Source: an uncultured Planctomycetota bacterium (GTDB lineage: Bacteria; Planctomycetota; Planctomycetia; Isosphaerales; Isosphaeraceae). Taken from it: a stretch of 64,000 nucleotides of DNA. The stretch covers positions 5,920,001 through 5,984,000 of the forward strand of contig CAVTTN010000002.1 of NCBI GenBank assembly GCA_963737655.1. The letters run 5' to 3'. Below the pieces are notes generated by a model, which was not told where the DNA came from, did not search any database, and worked only from the letters and a program-made list of their open reading frames with translations. Every line of letters begins with the position of its first letter. The stretch's first letter is position 1. A program made the translations under genes and the position numbers. Positions 32,261-41,917 of the stretch are shown here, in pieces.

Positions 32261-35200
32261 CGCCCTGAAGTTGACCGACTCGCTTCGCAGGAGGCTCGTA
32301 GAGTTCACGGCCGATGACCACCACGTCCGAGACGCCCGGCTCCGCGCCATCGCCCGGGAGATCTGGTCGGGACCTCCCGCCGAGGGCGGGTTGACGAGCG
32401 ACCTGTGGGTCGAGTCCTCGCCGCCGGCCCTGGCCTCCGTGACGAGCCTGGGGGACCTCGTCCGCCACGGCGACTTCGACGGCTGGCTGGCCGACCAGCT
32501 CGACCGGGCCGGGGCGGTCCCCGGGCACCGGCCGCTCTACGAGCATCAACTCCGGGCGATCGAGGCGGCGAGGGCCGAGGGTCTGCCCGGCAGGCCGGCC
32601 CTGGTCGTGACCGCCCCGACCGGCTCGGGCAAGACCGAGAGCTTCCTCCTGCCCGTCCTCGACGACCTCGCCCGAACCCCAAGGAACCCCGGGGTCCGGG
32701 GCATCCGTTCCCTGATCCTCTATCCGATGAACGCCCTGGTGAACGACCAGGTCGATCGGCTCCATTCCTGGCTCCGGGGCCAGGACCGGCTCACCCTCTT
32801 CCACTTCACGTCCGAGACGCCCGAGGACTACAAGGCTGCGGTGAACCGTGACCTGCCGCCCTTCGACGCGAGCCGGATGAGGACCCGCGAGCAGGCCCGG
32901 GGGCGCGAGGACCATCGGGGCGTCAAGGTCCCGGGCCACCGCGAGCGGGGCCCTCAGCCGGACGTCCTGATCACCAATTATTCGATGCTCGAATACATGC
33001 TCTGCCGTCCCCAGGATGCGATCTTCTTCGGGCCGGCGTTACGATCGATCGTCCTGGACGAGGCCCACCTCTACACCGGGACGCTCGCGGCCGAGATCGC
33101 CCTGCTGCTCCGTCGAGTCCTGGAGCGCTGCGGCCGGGCGCCCTCGGACGTCCTCCACGTCGCGACCTCGGCCACCCTGGGCCGGGGAGACTCGTCCGAG
33201 CTAGGGGCCTTCGCGGCCACCCTCTTCACCAAGCCCCGCGAACTCGTCCAGGTGATCGAAGGACGCAGCGCCCGCAACCTAATGGCCGTCCCGAGCCCGC
33301 CTCCGGTCCCCCCCGAAGCCGCCTCGGTCGCGGGCCGAGCCTGGCTGACCGGCCCGACCCTCGTCGCCGACCCCGCCGGAGAGGTCCGCCTGAACGTCTC
33401 GGATAGGGACTGCCGGGCCCTGGCCGACGACCTCCGGGCGATCGTCGGAGGCGACGAGGTAAACGCGGCGCCGGGCGCCTGCGGCGATCGCCCGGCCGTC
33501 CTCCTCCGAGACGCCTTGGAGCATGCGCCGATCCTCCATCGGATCGACGACGAATTGCACGGGAAGCGTCACATGAGGCTGGACGACCTGGCGGCTCGGG
33601 TCTGGAGACGATCCGACGACGAGGCGGTCGGGGCGACGATCAAGCTCCTCCAGGCCGGGGCGGCGGCCCGGGACTCGCCGGGGGCCTACCCGCTGCTGCC
33701 CCACCGGCTCCATACACTGGTGAGGCCCGCCGACGGGCTGGTCGTGTGCTTGAACGCGGAGTGCTCGGGCCGGTCCGACCGGAAGCTCGACGGCCTCGGC
33801 CGGGTCTGGCCGGGAAGGTCCGACCTCTGCGGATCGTGCGGGTCGGCCGCGATGAGCCTCCATCGCTGCGCCCATTGCGGCGAGTGGGGGCTCGCCGCGG
33901 TGGAGATGGACGGCCGATATCGGCCCGCCCCGCCCCGCCCGAACGAGGGCGCCGTCGTTCGATTCGCCACGATGGCCATCGACGGCGCCAAGGCGATCGG
34001 CGTGGCGCCGAGGGACGGCCGGAGGACGTCGTCGGGGGCGCTCAGGCTCTGGCCGGTCGAGGACTGCCCGAGGTGCGGGGCCTCGGCGGCCAGGGAATGG
34101 AGCCCGTTCGAGTCGGGGGCCGCGCTGTCCCTCTCGATCGTGGCCGAGACCCTGCTGGCGGGCCTGCCCGAATTCCCGTCGCCCGGGGCGATCGTGAGGC
34201 CCGCGAGGGGCCGCCGCCTCCTGGCCTTCAGCGACAGCCGGGCCGAGGCCGCCCGCCTCGGCCCGCGGCTGACCCTCCAGCACGAGATCCAGGTCGCCCG
34301 CGCCGCCATCGCCCGATTCGTCGAGGGCGGCGGATCGGCGGCCGACGCGGCGCGGATCGGCGACCTGGCCGAGGACCTCGAGACCCTGGGGCGAAGGCGC
34401 GAACGGCCGGGGCTGACCGGCCCGCAGCGCGAGGGCATCGAGCGAGACATCGCGGCGAAGGAACGCGAGCTGGAGGCCGCGCGGCAGGGCGGGACGATCG
34501 ACCAATGGACCGACTCGCTGGCGAAGAATGCCGAGAGCGGGACGATCCTCCGCGAATTGCTCGACGCCGACGCCGGGGAGAAGCATCAGGCGGCCGAATG
34601 GTCGGCGAAGTCCTGGGAGGAGAACGAGGCAGCCATCCGCAGGAGGCTACCGAACCTGATCGCCCGAGAGCTGGCGGCCCGACCTCGCGGCCGGATCTCG
34701 CTGGAGACGGCCGGGCTAGTCGAGGTCGTCTATCCGCGGCTCGACGCGGTGGCGGCCGACCCCGCGTTCCTCGGGTCGATGTCGTCGGCCGCCGCCCGGA
34801 GCGAGCTGCGAGCCGCCTGGCACGGCCTCCTGGCCGCGATCTGCGACGCGGTCCGCTCCGACGGCGCCGTCACCCTCGGCGAGGAAGGGGACCGCGATTA
34901 CCCCCTGGGCGAGAACCTGGTCGGCCGGTGGTGCTCGGCCGACGGCGAGGGGTATCGCCTGTTCCGGCTCGTCGGTACGACCGAGAGGCAGGCCCGCCGC
35001 CGGTTCGCCGCGTCGGTCCTGGAGGCCGCGGGCCTCCCCGGGCGCGAGGCGACCGAGCGGGCCCCGGACCTCCTGCGATCGGCGTTCGAGGCGATCCGAT
35101 CGTCGGGCCTGCCGTGGTTGGAGACGACGGGCCGACCGGCGGAGGGCGGGGAGGTCCCGGCGATCCGAGTCGTCTTCGCGAAGCTGGGGCTGAGGCGCCC

Positions 35201-37478
35201 CGCGACCCCATTCCTCTGCGAGACGACCGGCCATTTCTAGCCAAGGTCGGTCCTGGGCTGCGCCCCCGAGGCCGGGTGCGTGGGCCTGAGGGCCGTCGAC
35301 GACGACGCGCTCGACCGGGACCCGAGGCTGGGCCGCCTCCGTCGGGAGTTCAAGGCCTCGGAGATCTTCGCCCTGGGCCTCTGGGCCGAGGAGCATAGCG
35401 CCCAGCTCGACCCCCCGGAGAATCGTCGGCTCCAGGACCTCTTCCGCGCGGGCCTGCGGAACGTTCTGAGCTCGACGACCGCGCTGGAGCTGGGGATCGA
35501 CATCGGCGGCCTCTCGGGCGTGCTGATGGGGAACGTGCCCCCGGGCAAGGCGAATTACCTCCAGAGGGCCGGGCGGGCCGGCCGCCGGGCCGACGGATCG
35601 TCGCTCGTCGTCACGTTCGCCCGGCCCCGGCCCTACGACCGCGAGGTCTTCGGCGACCTCGGCGGCTATCTCGCCCGCCCCCTGAGGTCCCCGACGGTCC
35701 TCCTCGGCCGGGAGCGGCTTGGCCTCCGCCACGCCCGCGCCTTCCTCCTCGGCGAATTCTTCCGCGCCGTGTACCCCGAGGGCCACAAGGTCGGGGCCAT
35801 GCGTGCCTACGGCCTGATGGGCGGCTTCTGCGGGGTGGAGCGGGTCCAGTCCTTCTGGAAGTCCGGCAAGCCGCGCCCTCCGGCCTCGGCCGATCTCCCC
35901 TACGTCCTGCCGGGCGGCCTCCCGTGGAAGGCGGACGGGGAGGCCGGGCTGGCCGGCGGGTTCCTCGCATTCCTTCGCTGGGCCGAGACGTCGGAGGGGA
36001 TGACTCGCCTCTCGCAGCCCCTGGGGGCCGTGCTCCACGACACCCCGGCCGCCGCCGGATTGGCCCGGTGGGACGGATTCCTCCGGGACGTTCGCGAGAA
36101 GTTCGCCGCGGAGATCGGCCGGTGGCGGGCCGACTACGCGGACGTGCTCGCCGCGTGGAAGGCCGTCGAGGGCGACGACCCCGGCGACCGGGCGCGGGCC
36201 AATGCCGTCTGCTACCAGCTCGACACGCTCGCCGACACCACCGTGATCGAGGTCCTCGCCGATCGTCAGGTCCTGCCCCGCTACGGCTTCCCGATTGGGA
36301 TGCTCAAGCTGAGGGTGGTCGTCCCCAGGACGGATCGGTCGGGCCGGGAGCGAGGCCGCGAGGAGGACCGATTCCGACTGGAAAGGGGCGGCCTGCTCGC
36401 CCTCCGCGAGTACGCGCCCGGCTCGAAGCTCCTGGCCGGCGGCAAGGTGGTGACCTCGCGAGGCCTGATGAAGCACTGGACCGGCGCGAACGTGAACAGC
36501 GCCTTCGGGCTGAGGGGACTCGGGTCGGAATGCGAGGACGGGCACTACTCGTATCGGATCGACTCTCAGGAGTCCTTCGACGAATGCCCGGTCTGCGGGG
36601 CCGGCCCCAGGCGCCCCCCCGACGAGCTGCTCCTGCCCCGGCACGGGTTCACCAGCGCCCTGTGGGACCCCCCGCGACGACGGACCGAGGTCGAGTCCGT
36701 CGGGAGCGTCGATCGGGCCACCATCAGCTTCGCCCGAGGGGGCTCCGGGGCGGCCCGCGCCGAGGATTTCGGCGGCGTCCCCGGCCTCCTCGCGCTCTAT
36801 CGGGAGGACGGCGAGATCCTCGTCTACCACCGGGGCGAACACGCGAACGGCTTCGCCGTGTGCGTCAAGTGCGGCTACGCCGAGAGCGAGCCGAGGAGGA
36901 AGCCCGGGGAGGCGGCCGACGGGCTCGTCGGGCTGCCGAAGAGCTTCAGCCGCCATGCCTCCCTCGACGACGCCAAAGGGAAGTCCCCATGCCTGAGGTC
37001 CGGCGATCCGCCCCCCCTGCGTCGCCGGGTCCTGGCGGCGAGGGAGACGACCGACGTGCTGCTGCTGGACCTCGATCGGTGCCTGCCCGCGACGGTCGAC
37101 GACAAGGAGGCCGAGGCCGTGATCGAGACGCTCGGGCGGTCCCTGCTCGCCTCGGGCTCCAGGCTCCTGGACCTCGACACCCGGGAGCTCGGTGGCTTCC
37201 CCCTGGGCCGGGGGATCGTCCTCCACGACAACGTCCCGGGGGGCGCCGGACACGTCGGCGAGCTCTTCGAGAAGCATCGGGACCGGGACGGCGGCCGGTC
37301 CTGGCTGGAGGAGGCCCGCCGCATCCTCCGGGGCGACGACGCCCACGACGCCCGCTGCGAGACCGCCTGCCTCGACTGCCTCCTGACGTTCGACGTCCAG
37401 GACGCCATGAGCCGCGGGATGCTGAGGCGTCGGCTCGCCCTGGAGGCCCTGGAAGCGATGCTCGGAGCGGCCGGCTGA
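32238..37478 (+). pseudogene. druE: DruE-like DEAD/DEAH helicase with C-terminal DUF1998, in-frame TAG at 35238-35240
   Basis: APTGSGKTESF, YPMNALVNDQ, TNYSMLEYML, LDEAHLY, TSAT, FSDSR, EHSAQL, LELGIDIG, NYLQRAGRAGRR, LPRYGFP, DNVPGGAG, CETACLDCL. Both ORF halves are in the same frame. Confidence 0.85.
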
Positions 37479-37533
37479 TCCGCGATCCGCCGGGCCGGCC
37501 GATGCCGAGAGGAGAAATCCGCGAAGTCCGGAC

Positions 37534-37570
37534 GGGACGACGGTCGATGTCCCACCCCCCTCGTTAGATT
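37534..37570 (+). promoter_or_regulatory. Candidate WYL operator and -10 element
   Basis: GGGAC-N10-GTCCC dyad (37534-37553), then TAGATT (37565-37570), 50 bp before the WYL start. Confidence 0.45.
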
Positions 37571-37620
37571 GGTCGTTGCCGGTGCCGGGGGATCGGTGCC
37601 GTACCTCGGGGAGGCAGGCC

Positions 37621-38592
37621 GTGAAGGTCGCCACGCGGTTCGCCATGCAAAGGATCGCCGCCCTGGACCGGGCCGTCCGGGCCGGCGAGTATCGCAACGC
37701 GTCGACCCTGGCCCGGCTCCTCGAGGTCGATCGCCGGACCGTCCAGCGTGACATCGAGTTCCTCCGAGACCGACTCGGCGGCCCCCTGGAGTTCGACGCC
37801 CGGCGGAACGGCTATCGCTACGCCGACCCCGACTACCGCCTCTCCTTCCTGGACCTGGACGAGAGCGAGCTGATCGCCCTGTTCCTGGCCGAGGGGGTCC
37901 TGAGGCAGTACCGGGGCACCCCGTACGCCGCCGACCTCGCCTCGGCCTGCCGGAAGATCGCCGCCGGGACGGCCGGGACGGCGGCCGGCGAGGCCGAGGC
38001 GCACTCGTTCCGCCTGACTGCCCCGTCCCCCCTGGACCCGGGCGTCTATGAGGCCCTCCTCGCGGCGATCCGTTCCCGGTCCCGCCTGGCGATCCGCTAC
38101 TACTCGGCCTCGCGCGACGAGGAGGCCGACCGCCGGATCGACCCGTACCACGTGGCCACGATCGACGGCAGCCCCTACCTGATCGCCCATTGCCACGCCC
38201 GGGGCGAGATCCGCATGTTCGCCCCCTCCCGGATCCGGGGCCTGAAGGCGACGGGCGAGACGTTCGACCCGCCGGTTGACTTCCGCGTCGAGGAGGACCT
38301 CGACGGGTCGTTCGCCGTGCTCCGCGGCGGGCCGGCGCACCACGTCCGGCTGAGGTTCTCCGGCCTGGCCGTCCGCTACGTCCGAGAGCGGGTCTGGCAC
38401 CCCAGCCAGTCGGTCGAGGACCGGCCCGACGGCTCGTTGGACCTCACCCTGACCGTCGATCACCTCCGCGAGGTCGAGCGATTCGCGCTGTCCTGGGGAC
38501 CGGACTGCCGGGTCATCGAGCCGGAGGCCCTCCGGGACCTCGTGGCCCGGGCCCTGGCGCTCGCGGCGGCCCAGTACGGGCCCCCGCGGTGA
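37621..38592 (+). CDS. HTH-WYL-WCX transcriptional regulator
   Basis: LARLLEVDRRTVQRDIEFLRD HTH; RRIDPYH..YLIAHCHARGEIRMFAPSRI WYL domain; VIEPEALR C-terminus; GGGAGG RBS. Confidence 0.93.
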   Translation: MKVATRFAMQRIAALDRAVRAGEYRNASTLARLLEVDRRTVQRDIEFLRDRLGGPLEFDARRNGYRYADPDYRLSFLDLDESELIALFLAEGVLRQYRGTPYAADLASACRKIAAGTAGTAAGEAEAHSFRLTAPSPLDPGVYEALLAAIRSRSRLAIRYYSASRDEEADRRIDPYHVATIDGSPYLIAHCHARGEIRMFAPSRIRGLKATGETFDPPVDFRVEEDLDGSFAVLRGGPAHHVRLRFSGLAVRYVRERVWHPSQSVEDRPDGSLDLTLTVDHLREVERFALSWGPDCRVIEPEALRDLVARALALAAAQYGPPR

Positions 38593-38659
38593 TCGGCAAG
38601 CGGGACCGAGTGGCTCTGTTGTGACCCTTCTGCCGCCCCGATTCCCGAAGAGGCCCGAG

Positions 38660-41047
38660 ATGGACGAACCGCAGGAACCTCGATACGCCCACACGCTCGA
38701 GGGGGCCGGTACGGACCGGTGGCAGACAATGCAAAAGCACCTCGCCGGGGTCGCTCGTCTCGCGGGGGACCACGCCGGGGCCTTCGGCTCGCGGGCCTGG
38801 GGTGAGTTGGCCGGGCTCTGGCACGACCTGGGCAAGTACGCCGAGGATTTCCAGTCGTACCTCAGGGCGTCCTCGCGAGACCCGGCGATCCTCGATGCCT
38901 CGGTGCTCGACGAACCGCGCGGACCGGGAAAGAAGGTGGACCATTCCACCGCCGGGGCCGCGTTCGTGTATGAGAAGTGCCAGGGAAAGCTCGGGGGAAG
39001 AGAGAGGAACGAGCTTCCCCCGACGGCCTTGACGCTGGCGATGGTCATCGCCGGGCACCACGGCGGGTTACCCAAGAGGTGTCAATTTGAGCAAGAACGG
39101 TTGACCGCCGAAGAGAAAACTTCCAGGCTCCGGGCCGCCAAATCGGGCGGCGCCCCGAGCGACCTTCTGGCCCACGAGTTACCCCCGCCACCGGACTTCC
39201 TGCGGCCCGAGGCTCTGCAAGGCGCGGCGTCCTCGCGGGAGGAACGCCTGCGGTTGTTCCAACTCCGCCACGAATTCTGGACCCGCATGCTCTTCTCGGC
39301 GCTGGTCGATGCCGACAGCCTGGACACCGAGGCGTTCTGCAACCCCGAGCGGTCCCGGGTCCGAGACCGGGCGAAGGGGGACGAAACCCTGCTGACCCGC
39401 ATGAAGGAGCGGCTCGACGCCCACCTCCTCCGCGTGGCGGACCGGGGGCGGGAGCGGGCGGATTCCCTCCCCGCCGGCGCCCGCGAACGGGCCGAGGCCG
39501 TCCTGGACCTCCGGGCCCGGGTCCTCGCCGCCTGCCGAGGCCGGGCCAAGGCGCCCCCCGGCCGTCGCAGCCTCACGGTCCCGACCGGCGGCGGCAAGAC
39601 GCTCTCGGCCCTGGCCTATGCCCTCGAACATGCGATCAAGAACGGGCTCCGCCGGGTGATCGTGGTGATCCCCTTCACCAGCATCATCGACCAGACGGCC
39701 GGGGTCTATCGCGACGCCTTCGGCGACGACCTGGCCGAATTCGTGATCGAGCACCACAGCAACCTCGACCCCGAGCGAGAGGAGTACCACAGCCGCCTGG
39801 CCTCGGAGAACTGGGACGCCCCGGTGGTCGTCACCACCAGCGTCCAGTTCTTCGAGAGCCTCTTCTCCCACAAGAGGTCGGCGACGCGGAAGCTCCACAA
39901 CATCGCCCGGAGCGTGGTCGTCTTCGACGAGGTCCAGACGCTCCCCCATGAGCTTCGCGAGCCGATCTTCGACGCCCTGAACGAGCTGGTGGACCACTAC
40001 GGCGTGTCGGCCCTGTTCTGCACCGCGACCCAGCCGGCCCTGTCGCTGAAGCAGGTCGGCCTCCAGGACTTCCCGCATCTCGTTGACGTGGAAGAGGTCA
40101 TCGACGACGTCGGCGCCCAGTTCGGGGCCGTCGCAGATCGGGTGAGCGTCGAGTTTCCCGAGGACGATGGGCCCACGACCTGGGAGGCCCTGGCGGCCCG
40201 GGTCCGCGAGCACGACCGGGCCCTGGCGATCGTCCACCGTCGCGACGATGCCCGCCTCCTCGCCGAAGCGGTCGGCCCGGGGACCGTCCACCTCTCGACT
40301 CGCATGTGCCCCACCCACCGCCGGGAGGTCATCGAGCGGATCAGGGCGGACCTGGCCGCGGGCCGTCCGATCCGAGTCGTGAGCACGACTTTAATTGAAG
40401 CCGGCGTCGATCTTGACTTCCCCACGGTCTTCCGCGCGCTCGGGGGGGCCGATTCCTGCGCCCAGGCTGCTGGCCGATGCAACCGTGAAGGCCGGCTGAC
40501 CGACGCGGAAGGCTACCCCATCCCGGGCCGCCTGATCCTCTTCCGCGCCCCCAGCGACCCGCCCCCGGGCTTGAGGCTCGGACTCCAGGTGGCCGACACT
40601 CTTCGACGATCGGGCGACCCCCTGGACCTGTTCGACCCGACGACGTTCGACCGCTATTTCCGAGAGTATTTCTCGTCGATCAACGTTGACCGGACCGAGG
40701 TGACCCTCTCACGCACGGAGCGGGATTTCCCCGAGGTCGATGCCCGATTCCGCATCATCGAGGAGGACGGGAAGGCCGGCGTGGTTGTTCCCTACGGCGG
40801 CTTCGAGGCCGGCGTCCGGGACTACGAGCGCGACCCCTGCCGCCGCACGCTACGCGGACTGCAACCGTTCCTCGTCAATGCCCACGAACATGATTTGGCG
40901 TTCTTCAGGAAAGAGGGATTGATCCAAACGATCCACGAGCAGGTCCATGTGTTGAGGGCGCCGGGTCCGCAGTATGACCCGACCTACGGACTGATCGTGG
41001 ACCGGGTCGTCCCGGCCGATCCCGGGGCGCTCATCACGGACCCCTGA
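38660..41047 (+). CDS. cas3: Cas3 HD nuclease-helicase (type I-C, system 1)
   Basis: YAH, WHDLGK, IAGHHGGL, LVDADSLDT, VPTGGGKT, FDEVQ, CTATQP, QAAGRCNREG. Confidence 0.97.
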   Translation: MDEPQEPRYAHTLEGAGTDRWQTMQKHLAGVARLAGDHAGAFGSRAWGELAGLWHDLGKYAEDFQSYLRASSRDPAILDASVLDEPRGPGKKVDHSTAGAAFVYEKCQGKLGGRERNELPPTALTLAMVIAGHHGGLPKRCQFEQERLTAEEKTSRLRAAKSGGAPSDLLAHELPPPPDFLRPEALQGAASSREERLRLFQLRHEFWTRMLFSALVDADSLDTEAFCNPERSRVRDRAKGDETLLTRMKERLDAHLLRVADRGRERADSLPAGARERAEAVLDLRARVLAACRGRAKAPPGRRSLTVPTGGGKTLSALAYALEHAIKNGLRRVIVVIPFTSIIDQTAGVYRDAFGDDLAEFVIEHHSNLDPEREEYHSRLASENWDAPVVVTTSVQFFESLFSHKRSATRKLHNIARSVVVFDEVQTLPHELREPIFDALNELVDHYGVSALFCTATQPALSLKQVGLQDFPHLVDVEEVIDDVGAQFGAVADRVSVEFPEDDGPTTWEALAARVREHDRALAIVHRRDDARLLAEAVGPGTVHLSTRMCPTHRREVIERIRADLAAGRPIRVVSTTLIEAGVDLDFPTVFRALGGADSCAQAAGRCNREGRLTDAEGYPIPGRLILFRAPSDPPPGLRLGLQVADTLRRSGDPLDLFDPTTFDRYFREYFSSINVDRTEVTLSRTERDFPEVDARFRIIEEDGKAGVVVPYGGFEAGVRDYERDPCRRTLRGLQPFLVNAHEHDLAFFRKEGLIQTIHEQVHVLRAPGPQYDPTYGLIVDRVVPADPGALITDP

Positions 41048-41165
41048 GCCGGGTCTTCGGTTCGCAGTAGCGAAATTTCCAAAAATTCCCCGAACGCTCC
41101 CGGACGAGGGCCGTTCTTGGATCGGGCGAAGGTGCCCCACGCTCCTCGGGGCACCGATCGGCCGC

Positions 41166-41225
41166 GACGCGGCGGCCGACCGTCCCGGCGGCGTGTGGGT
41201 TGAAACGCAGTGGCGAAGTTTCCAA
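41166..41225 (+). ncRNA. Solo degenerate CRISPR repeat + 19-nt pseudo-spacer (candidate crRNA-like regulatory RNA)
   Basis: GTGGGTTGAAAC (41195-41206) is identical to the last 12 nt of the array-1 repeat. The following 41207-41225 matches 41064-41082 at 17/19, and that site is preceded by TTC. Confidence 0.75.
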
Positions 41226-41245
41226 TCCCCGAAAGGAGCATGAAT

Positions 41246-41917
41246 GTGACGAATGCCGAACGCACCTACCGTGTCCGAATCCGCGGCGAATGGGCCTGCT
41301 TCACCAGGCCCGAGCTCAAGACCGAGCGCGTGTCCTATCATGTGATCACGCCTTCGGCCGTCCGGGGGGCGGTCGAAGCGGTGGTCTGGAAGCCGGCGAT
41401 CCGCTGGAACGTCCACCGGATCGCGGTCCTGGCGCCGATCAAGTTCGCCTCGGTCAAACGGAACGAGGTGAACCGGGTCATCCCCACGCGGAACGCCCGG
41501 GCCCTGATGAGGGGCGAGGAGGTGCCCGACTACTTCGCCGACGAGGACCGGGCCCAGCGCAACGCGCTGGTCTTGCGGGACGTGGACTACGTCGCCGAGG
41601 TCTCGTTCGCGATGACCCGCCGCGCCGGCCCGGAAGACAACCCCCTGAAGTTCGACGAGATGTTCCGCCGCCGCCTGGAGCGGGGCCAGTACCACATGAG
41701 CCCGTACCTCGGCACCCGCGAGTTCCCCGCGATCATCGAGCCGGCCGGTGACGAGGACTGGAAGCCGATTGCCGTCGATATGGACCTCGGCCGGATGCTC
41801 CTGGACATCGACTACGGCCGCCCCAACCGCCCGGTCTTCTTCGAGGCCCGCATGAAGGGCGGCGTGATCGAGGTCCCGGCCATGAGCCGTCGCGAGGACG
41901 GCGAGGTGGGCGCATGA
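41246..41917 (+). CDS. cas5c: Cas5c (Cas5d)
   Basis: GEWACFTRPELKTERVSYHVITPSAVRG, KRNEV, PYLGTREFP. Start is GTG 41246 (AGGAG at 41234) or ATG 41240. Confidence 0.97.
   Translation: MTNAERTYRVRIRGEWACFTRPELKTERVSYHVITPSAVRGAVEAVVWKPAIRWNVHRIAVLAPIKFASVKRNEVNRVIPTRNARALMRGEEVPDYFADEDRAQRNALVLRDVDYVAEVSFAMTRRAGPEDNPLKFDEMFRRRLERGQYHMSPYLGTREFPAIIEPAGDEDWKPIAVDMDLGRMLLDIDYGRPNRPVFFEARMKGGVIEVPAMSRREDGEVGA

Noticed and set aside
35238..35240. TAG in the helicase as programmed readthrough or pyrrolysine
   Set aside because: No pyl genes or other recoded TAGs are seen, and the partner gene is also broken; a nonsense mutation or error is simpler.
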